Below, one piece after another: positions 26,536 to 32,000 of a stretch of 32,000 nucleotides of DNA (its first letter is position 1; the number at the start of each line of letters is the position of its first letter). The stretch covers positions 344 to 32,343 of the forward strand of contig WBXG01000013.1 of assembly GCA_008932965.1 (NCBI GenBank), in the 5' to 3' direction. A program made the translations under genes and the position numbers. The DNA comes from Verrucomicrobiota bacterium (GTDB lineage Bacteria; Verrucomicrobiota; Verrucomicrobiia; Chthoniobacterales; UBA6821). The notes beneath the pieces were generated by a model. It had not been told where the DNA came from. It did no database searches and saw only the letters and a program-made list of their open reading frames with translations.

Positions 26536-26695
26536 TCACCTGCGAAAGCCGGGAAGTTAGACGGATACTGCGTTCGGCTCCCATTTTGAATTGGGGTCGG
26601 TGACTCATACAGCCCAGCATAAAAATGCTCGCCTGCCTTACCCCATCAGCCTTCGCGGCGCCTCGCGACGAATCAGTATGAAATATGCGGGTTAA
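26515..26695. mobile_element. MITE-like palindromic element (inverted orientation) wedged between convergent cydB and the 1156-aa gene, overlapping both 3' ends
   Basis: The right terminus is TCAGTATGAAATATGCGGGTTAA (26673-26695). The left arm TACTGATCACCTGCGAAAGCCGGGAAGT starts at 26530, preceded by a degenerate TTAACC at 26515. The interior aligns with the reverse complement of 13898-14081. Confidence 0.85.
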
Positions 26696-29600
26696 CCTCT
26701 TTTTCTTTAATTGCCGCTGCTGTTCTTTCCAGTTTTTTCCAGCGGACCCAGCTTCCCTCAGCTGCTTTAAAAAGCGATTTCCAGACGACATACCCTAACA
26801 CCGGGCGGTATAAAAAGCGCATTGGAAGGGCTCTCCAAGCAGAGAGAAAGCTCCGTTTCGCTAAATGAGCGGAAAGTCCTGCAATAACAGTATCAATGAG
26901 TAGAGATAATATAAAATAAGGATAAATCGCTTTCCCTCGACCTAGGTATATTGAAAAAATAACGAGGAGATCAAGAATGGGGGTGATAGCAATAATGCCA
27001 ATTTGAAAAATCCAAATGGAGGGAAGTGCCAACCATCCCAGCCAGCCTGAACCAGGGCTTAAGATGAGGGAGCGATGTTTCCAAACGCATTGCAATGTCC
27101 CAAATGCCCATCGAAAACGTTGAGAAAAAAGGGCTCGAATATTTTGAGGAGCCTCGGTATCGGCGATAGCCAAGGGTGCGTAGGTGACTTTCCAGCCGTA
27201 TCGATGGAGTTGTAACGTCAGGTCTGTATCCTCTGCTAGGGTTTCCGTATTAAGTGGGCCCGCGTCTAAAAGAGCTTTGCGACGAAAGGCGCTTAATGCA
27301 CCTGGAACAACGGTAATGCAATTTAAAAGATCTTGTGCACGTCGATTAATTTCAAAGGAAAATTCATATTCAATTTGTTGAAATCGTCCAAGCCAGTGGC
27401 GAAAATTACCAACACGTATATGTCCCGAAACGGCTCCCACTTCAGGATTGCTCAAAGGTTGAATCAAGAAACGTAATGCCTCGGAGGAGACCATTGTATC
27501 AGCATCTAGTGTAACAATATATTCGTGACTCGAGGAGGCGATAGCATCATTGAGTGCAGAAGCTTTTCCGGTATTTGGTTGTTGGAGTAAAATAATGCTG
27601 CGCTGACTGGTAGAATATTCGTTTACCCATCGCATGACTTTCTCAGATGTTTTATCGTGAGATCCATCATCAACAATAATCAATTCTATAGGAGCTTCAT
27701 AGGAGCTAGCTAAAAGATGTTCTATGGTGGAGTCGATAACACACTCTTCGTTATAAGCAGCAACAATAACGCTTAGAGGAGGGAGAGAGCTATTGTATTG
27801 CAAATGAGATGAGACTTCCCTTTTTTCCCGTCGACGATGAAGCAAGGCACACGCAATAAAAAAGAGAATGAATAATAATGATAATAGGGTTGTGATGATC
27901 AATAGTGTCCAGGCAGCCATTTCTATAAATCGAAGAGTTGCAAAGCTTCCATAAATATAGCGCATCGCAACAGTAACATCTCCATGGCGCAATGGAGGCA
28001 TGAGCACATCGCGTGGCAACTCAATAAAGCGTCCAAGTGGGACGATTTCATCTCCACGTGCATGGAGGTAATCGATAATAAGTGGAAGTGCAGCGACAGT
28101 TTGAGACCGATTGCCACCCGCATCATGCATTAAAATCACACTCCCTCCATCAACACGTTCCTCCTTAATATTATTTAAAATCGTCTCTACTCCAGGACAC
28201 TCCCAGTCGCTTGTGTCAATGGACTCCCCCACGGTGAGATAGCCAAGATCTGAAGCAATTCCCAAAGCACGCAGTTCTCCTGGGGTTGATGGAGTCGCAT
28301 CACTGTTGTAAGGGGGGCGAAAAAGAGAGGTGGAATGCCCGGTAATACTTTCAATGAGTCGCGTTGTGGCATTGAGTTCGAGGGAAATTTGCTCATCACT
28401 AGCTGCAGCAAGATTTTGATGTGTGTAGGTATGATTTCCTAATTCATGTCCCTCCTCTAAAATTTGTACTAGAAGGTCAGGAAATTGTTGAGCTTGTGAA
28501 CCAACAACAAAAAAAGCAGCTGGAACCTTTTTCTCTTTTAAAATACGCAGAATGCGTGGTGTCCAAGTGGGGTCAGGTCCATCATCAAAGGTGAGTGCTA
28601 CTTGATGCAGAGGTGCAGCTCCTTGGTGATATACACAAGCAGGACGAGGAAATTCTTCGTAGAGAGAACTCATGAACTCTGTGGGTTCTAAAGTAATATC
28701 ACGCCATCCTTTGCTGGGCTCATCTCCAACGGAAAGAAAATCTCCCCTGCCAATCGAGGCTACTTCATTTTTAAGACTCAGGGTTTCGAAGGCTTCTAGT
28801 TCCTCGGTGGTCGGCTCATGACGATCTTCTGTTTTCATTTTGGATATGAATTTTAATGCTTTCCAAATATCTGGATCCTCCTCCCCAAGACGGTCGAGCG
28901 CAATCCCTCCAATGGGATAGTGTGAGATGGTGTGTAATTGATTAAAAAAAGTGATGGCATCGAGAAACCAAATTTCATGTTCCTCTTTTTCATTAAGGCC
29001 AGAGAGATAATGAAATGAGGGTGAAAAATGAGGTGCTTCGACGCTAACATGTTCTGCTAAAGCAAGGTTGGCACGTGCCATGACATCGACAAAACTTAAA
29101 GTCTCAACGGTCCCTTTGGTTTCATTCCAATCAAGACCAAAGCAACCTAATCCAGCAACCCATTGCTCCGCTTTACCGTAGCGGATTATTTCTTTGAGTT
29201 GTTCCTCAACCCAATCCTGCTCTGCTAGGGGGCCCGGTTCATCAGGCTCTGAGTTTTCATCATCAAGGGAGAGGACAAAACGATCTGCTACCTCGCTGAG
29301 GGCTTGTAGATCAAAAATTTTCTCTGCTTTCTCCGTTGAGATGCTGATCCAGAACTCATAATGAGACTCATGAAGCTTCTTGCCAAAGCGAATCAGTAAT
29401 TGATTTAGCTCCGTACGGTAGGAAGGATCGAGTTCATTCCAATCAAGGAGTAATCCGATAGCTCCGGGTGGTAGACGTTTGATCAGATTACTGAAAAAAA
29501 GATCCTGCTCTTCGGTTGAGGATTTAAAGAGTCCTTCGATGGCTTCTGCTTGCCACGTTGTTCCATCAATGTTTCGTAAAATAGGAAGTAGGCCAAGATT

Positions 29601-30143
29601 CTTGCGCACACAACAAGAACGAATCTCCTCACTGGGTGATTCCACAAGTCTTCCTTCAACTCCAACGATATGAAACCAATCCGTTGCAACGTGTGTTAAA
29701 AAATCGGCATGCTGCTTGAGCGAAGAAATGCTTTGGGGGTCCCAATCTACAGCATAACCCAGGCGAACAGGGAAAGAGGAGTACTCGAGTAGGTGCTGCT
29801 CTTGATTTTTTTGAGAAGGTGTTGCTACCGAGCTCACAAAAGCACTAATCCCACCCTCATGCTGAGAGTTTTTAGGAAAGGGGAGAGGGTTTGCTGTTTC
29901 TAAGAAGTGATGCCAATCTTCCGTGCTTGCCAGTAGACCTGGATCTTTAAATGCTTTTAGTGGTGTTCTGTATCCTCGCACTTGCTGGGGAAGACGTAGT
30001 TCGGGAGCAACCAGTAGGCTTGCTATAAAGTATGCAGAGGCACTAAGAAGAAGGAGTGCTATCACCACGATGGTGACTTGTAAAAAGCGGCGACGTCGCC
30101 CGTGAGGATCTGCAAAAATGGAGTTGTTAGAGTTCGAAGACAT
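26673..30143 (-). CDS. Fused membrane protein: N-terminal TM anchor, GH18-like domain, NodB-type polysaccharide deacetylase, TM, processive family-2 glycosyltransferase with C-terminal TM bundle (PgaB/PgaC- or NodB/NodC-like in one chain)
   Basis: The protein is 1156 aa. NodB motifs are VALTFDDGPDP and GNHTYTHQNL. GT2 motifs are VIVAAYNEE, IIVDDGSHDKT, VTLDADT and QRFRWAFG (QxxRW). The N-terminal domain has a degenerate GH18-like LLLDWNE. Confidence 0.88.
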   Translation of the reverse strand: MSSNSNNSIFADPHGRRRRFLQVTIVVIALLLLSASAYFIASLLVAPELRLPQQVRGYRTPLKAFKDPGLLASTEDWHHFLETANPLPFPKNSQHEGGISAFVSSVATPSQKNQEQHLLEYSSFPVRLGYAVDWDPQSISSLKQHADFLTHVATDWFHIVGVEGRLVESPSEEIRSCCVRKNLGLLPILRNIDGTTWQAEAIEGLFKSSTEEQDLFFSNLIKRLPPGAIGLLLDWNELDPSYRTELNQLLIRFGKKLHESHYEFWISISTEKAEKIFDLQALSEVADRFVLSLDDENSEPDEPGPLAEQDWVEEQLKEIIRYGKAEQWVAGLGCFGLDWNETKGTVETLSFVDVMARANLALAEHVSVEAPHFSPSFHYLSGLNEKEEHEIWFLDAITFFNQLHTISHYPIGGIALDRLGEEDPDIWKALKFISKMKTEDRHEPTTEELEAFETLSLKNEVASIGRGDFLSVGDEPSKGWRDITLEPTEFMSSLYEEFPRPACVYHQGAAPLHQVALTFDDGPDPTWTPRILRILKEKKVPAAFFVVGSQAQQFPDLLVQILEEGHELGNHTYTHQNLAAASDEQISLELNATTRLIESITGHSTSLFRPPYNSDATPSTPGELRALGIASDLGYLTVGESIDTSDWECPGVETILNNIKEERVDGGSVILMHDAGGNRSQTVAALPLIIDYLHARGDEIVPLGRFIELPRDVLMPPLRHGDVTVAMRYIYGSFATLRFIEMAAWTLLIITTLLSLLFILFFIACALLHRRREKREVSSHLQYNSSLPPLSVIVAAYNEECVIDSTIEHLLASSYEAPIELIIVDDGSHDKTSEKVMRWVNEYSTSQRSIILLQQPNTGKASALNDAIASSSHEYIVTLDADTMVSSEALRFLIQPLSNPEVGAVSGHIRVGNFRHWLGRFQQIEYEFSFEINRRAQDLLNCITVVPGALSAFRRKALLDAGPLNTETLAEDTDLTLQLHRYGWKVTYAPLAIADTEAPQNIRALFSQRFRWAFGTLQCVWKHRSLILSPGSGWLGWLALPSIWIFQIGIIAITPILDLLVIFSIYLGRGKAIYPYFILSLLIDTVIAGLSAHLAKRSFLSAWRALPMRFLYRPVLGYVVWKSLFKAAEGSWVRWKKLERTAAAIKEKEVNPHISY

Positions 30144-30189
30144 GAAAATCTCTGCTAAAAAACGATGCTAGGAGTGGAACAAAAAGAGT

Positions 30190-30371
30190 ATACCCGGATA
30201 TTTCATGCTAATCGTGGCGAGGAAGCTGCGAAGGCTGATGGGGCAAGGTAGACATGTATTTTGATACAGGGCTGTATGAATCCCTACAGCCCAAGTCAAA
30301 ATGTGAGTCTCATGCAGTATCCATCTGACTTCCCGGCTTACGCAGGTGATCGGTATGAAAAATCCGAATAT
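30190..30371. mobile_element. MITE-like palindromic element (full copy) in the divergent intergenic region
   Basis: The left end is ATACCCGGATATTTCATGCTAATCG and the right end is GATCGGTATGAAAAATCCGAATA. The interior is GCGAAGGCTGATGGGGCAAGG...GGGCTGTATGAATCCCTACAGCCC...CATCTGACTTCCCGGCTTACGCAGG, collinear with the canonical copy. Confidence 0.85.
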
Positions 30372-30575
30372 AGGTTAAAGATTCTGTGCTGAAGATGAAA
30401 TCTAAAAAACAGAGAGCATTCTGGCATATCTCCTCTTTCCAAAATAATGAGACTCACTGAGGTGTTATTTTTGGGTGATAGAATCATTGGGATATTTTAT
30501 TGTGAGATGTAAAAATTAAAACCTACTCATCGATAAAAAAATCTTTAGGAGAGAGGGTAGAATCTTTAGGCTAGT

Positions 30576-31847
30576 GTGATGTCAGCTTCTCTATTCTTAG
30601 CCCGCCGTTACTTGCAGCCCAAGCGCACCTTTCTTTCTGTTATTACACTGATCTCGGTGCTCGGAGTGACTCTTGGAATCACGGTTCTCATTTTAGTAAT
30701 TTCAGTAATGACCGGATTTCAAAGGGAGCTACAACGTAAGGTCATTGGCTTTGATGCCCATTTAGTGATTTCTCAAGAAAGGATTCTTGATCATTGGCAG
30801 CAGCTTTCCAAAAAAGTAGAGCATCTTCCCGAGGTAGAGCAGCTCGCACCCTTTGTTCAAGGACCTGTTATCGTGGAATTTCAGCATCGACGTCTCACTC
30901 CCAATATGCGTGGTATCGATCCTGAGAAAGAAACAGAACTTCAAAAATTTATTAAGGAGGGATCCTTTGATTTAAATGGTGATAACGCCATCGTTGGTTC
31001 TGAAATGGCCTCCACGCTTGGTTTGCAGGTGGGAGACAAAATTACCATATTCTCCTCGCACAACCTGAATCAAATCTTAGAAGAACTCAATAAGATTCAG
31101 GAAAAACAAGGAAAGGCCAATTTAGATTCACTGCGCCAATTGGTTCTTCCAACAGAATTGACCGTTACTGGTATTTTTGAAACAGGACGTTATTTTTACG
31201 ACAGTGAATTTGTACTCGTACCACTTCACATTGGACAAGAACTCTATGGTCTTGGGGACTGTGTTCATGGGCTTGCTTTATGGGTCAAAAATGCTGATCG
31301 AGCTGATGTGGTTCAAAAAAATATACGTAGTGAATTTACTAAGGACCTCATTGTTACCACTTGGATGGATTCTAATAAGCAACTCTTTGATGCCATTGCA
31401 ATGGAGCGTCACGTAATGTTTTTTTTACTGATGTTCATTGTACTGGTGGCTGCGTTTGGGATTATGAACACATTGATTACGGTCACTGTTCAAAAGACGC
31501 GTGAAATTGGTATCCTCCAAGCTCTTGGTGCACGTACAGGACAAATCATCATGATCTTCCTTGTGCAAGGAATGATTGTAGGCGTTGTTGGCGTTGCCTC
31601 AGGATTAGCACTAGGAATGACCCTCATTCGCTGGAGGAATGAAGTGAGTCAGGCACTCTCCTCCCTTTTGGGAGTTGAAATCTTCTCACGTACCATTTAC
31701 CAATTCTCTGAGATTCCTGCGGAAGTGGTTCCAAGCGATGTTGCGGTTATCTGCCTGAGTGCTTTTGCGATCTGTTCTCTTGCAGCTCTTGTACCAGCTT
31801 GGTTAGCCTCAAGGCTCGATCCAGTCAAGGCCCTACGTTATGAGTGA
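30576..31847 (+). CDS. Lipoprotein-releasing ABC transporter permease, LolC/LolE family (MacB-like periplasmic domain plus FtsX domain)
   Basis: The protein is 423 aa. The N-terminus LARRYLQPKRTFLSVITLISVLGVTLGI is typical. A large periplasmic loop is followed by three C-terminal TM helices. The family ending is present (LVPAWLASRLDPVKALRYE). The start is GTG at 30576 or ATG at 30579. Confidence 0.88.
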   Translation: MMSASLFLARRYLQPKRTFLSVITLISVLGVTLGITVLILVISVMTGFQRELQRKVIGFDAHLVISQERILDHWQQLSKKVEHLPEVEQLAPFVQGPVIVEFQHRRLTPNMRGIDPEKETELQKFIKEGSFDLNGDNAIVGSEMASTLGLQVGDKITIFSSHNLNQILEELNKIQEKQGKANLDSLRQLVLPTELTVTGIFETGRYFYDSEFVLVPLHIGQELYGLGDCVHGLALWVKNADRADVVQKNIRSEFTKDLIVTTWMDSNKQLFDAIAMERHVMFFLLMFIVLVAAFGIMNTLITVTVQKTREIGILQALGARTGQIIMIFLVQGMIVGVVGVASGLALGMTLIRWRNEVSQALSSLLGVEIFSRTIYQFSEIPAEVVPSDVAVICLSAFAICSLAALVPAWLASRLDPVKALRYE

Positions 31848-31883
31848 AGCTTTTCTTAATTTGGATATTGCAGGCCGGGCTGG

Positions 31884-32000
31884 CCCGAATATTTCACACT
31901 AAATCTATTACGGCTTGTGGAAAGCTCATCATTACTGCGTTGGTCTCGAATTGTGATTTGGACAGTATGAAACATACAGCCCGGCATCCCAATCCTTCGC
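31884..32000. mobile_element. MITE-like element, inverted-orientation copy truncated by the window end
   Basis: My manual alignment finds 114 of 117 positions identical to 19210-19326. The copy starts with CCCGAATATTTCACACTAAATC. Confidence 0.85.

Noticed and set aside
26468-26791. 107-aa minus-strand ORF spanning the cydB / 1156-aa gene junction
   Set aside because: It reads through the repeat element in the LTRIFHTD frame and overlaps the ends of two well-supported genes out of frame. It is an artefact of the element's open frame.

Overview
Moderately AT-rich bacterial window. I cannot assign a taxon from sequence alone, and most genes lack an obvious Shine-Dalgarno, so several start sites are uncertain.

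(1) Positions 600-18650, all on the minus strand, hold a nearly contiguous injectisome-type type III secretion (T3SS) locus. The order is Ysc-like: sctJ-K-L-N-O-P-Q-R-S-T-U, then an unknown 219-aa gene, a stand-alone SpoA/FliN-domain gene and the gatekeeper sctW (YopN+TyeA-sized). Next come SycN-like, YscX-position and YscY-like small proteins, then sctV, sctD and a YscE-sized ORF, ending at a tRNA-Ser(UGA). No secretin, needle, inner-rod or translocon gene is visible.

(2) Housekeeping and accessory genes fill the rest. These are a histidine-phosphatase/acetate kinase/phosphoketolase operon, cytochrome bd oxidase cydAB, and a LolC/E-type permease. There is also a 1156-aa single-polypeptide fusion of a GH18-like domain, a NodB deacetylase and a processive GT2 synthase.

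(3) The most unusual signal is a family of ~180-bp imperfect-palindrome, MITE-like elements with termini close to TTAACCCGGATATTTCATACTGA. At least 7 full or nearly full copies plus several fragments lie in 32 kb. Some sit inside the T3SS transcription units. One supplies the stop codons of two convergent genes. Two copies 12 kb apart are about 97% identical. No transposase is in the window.

Many ORF-track entries are translations of these repeats or antisense shadows, and I rejected them.
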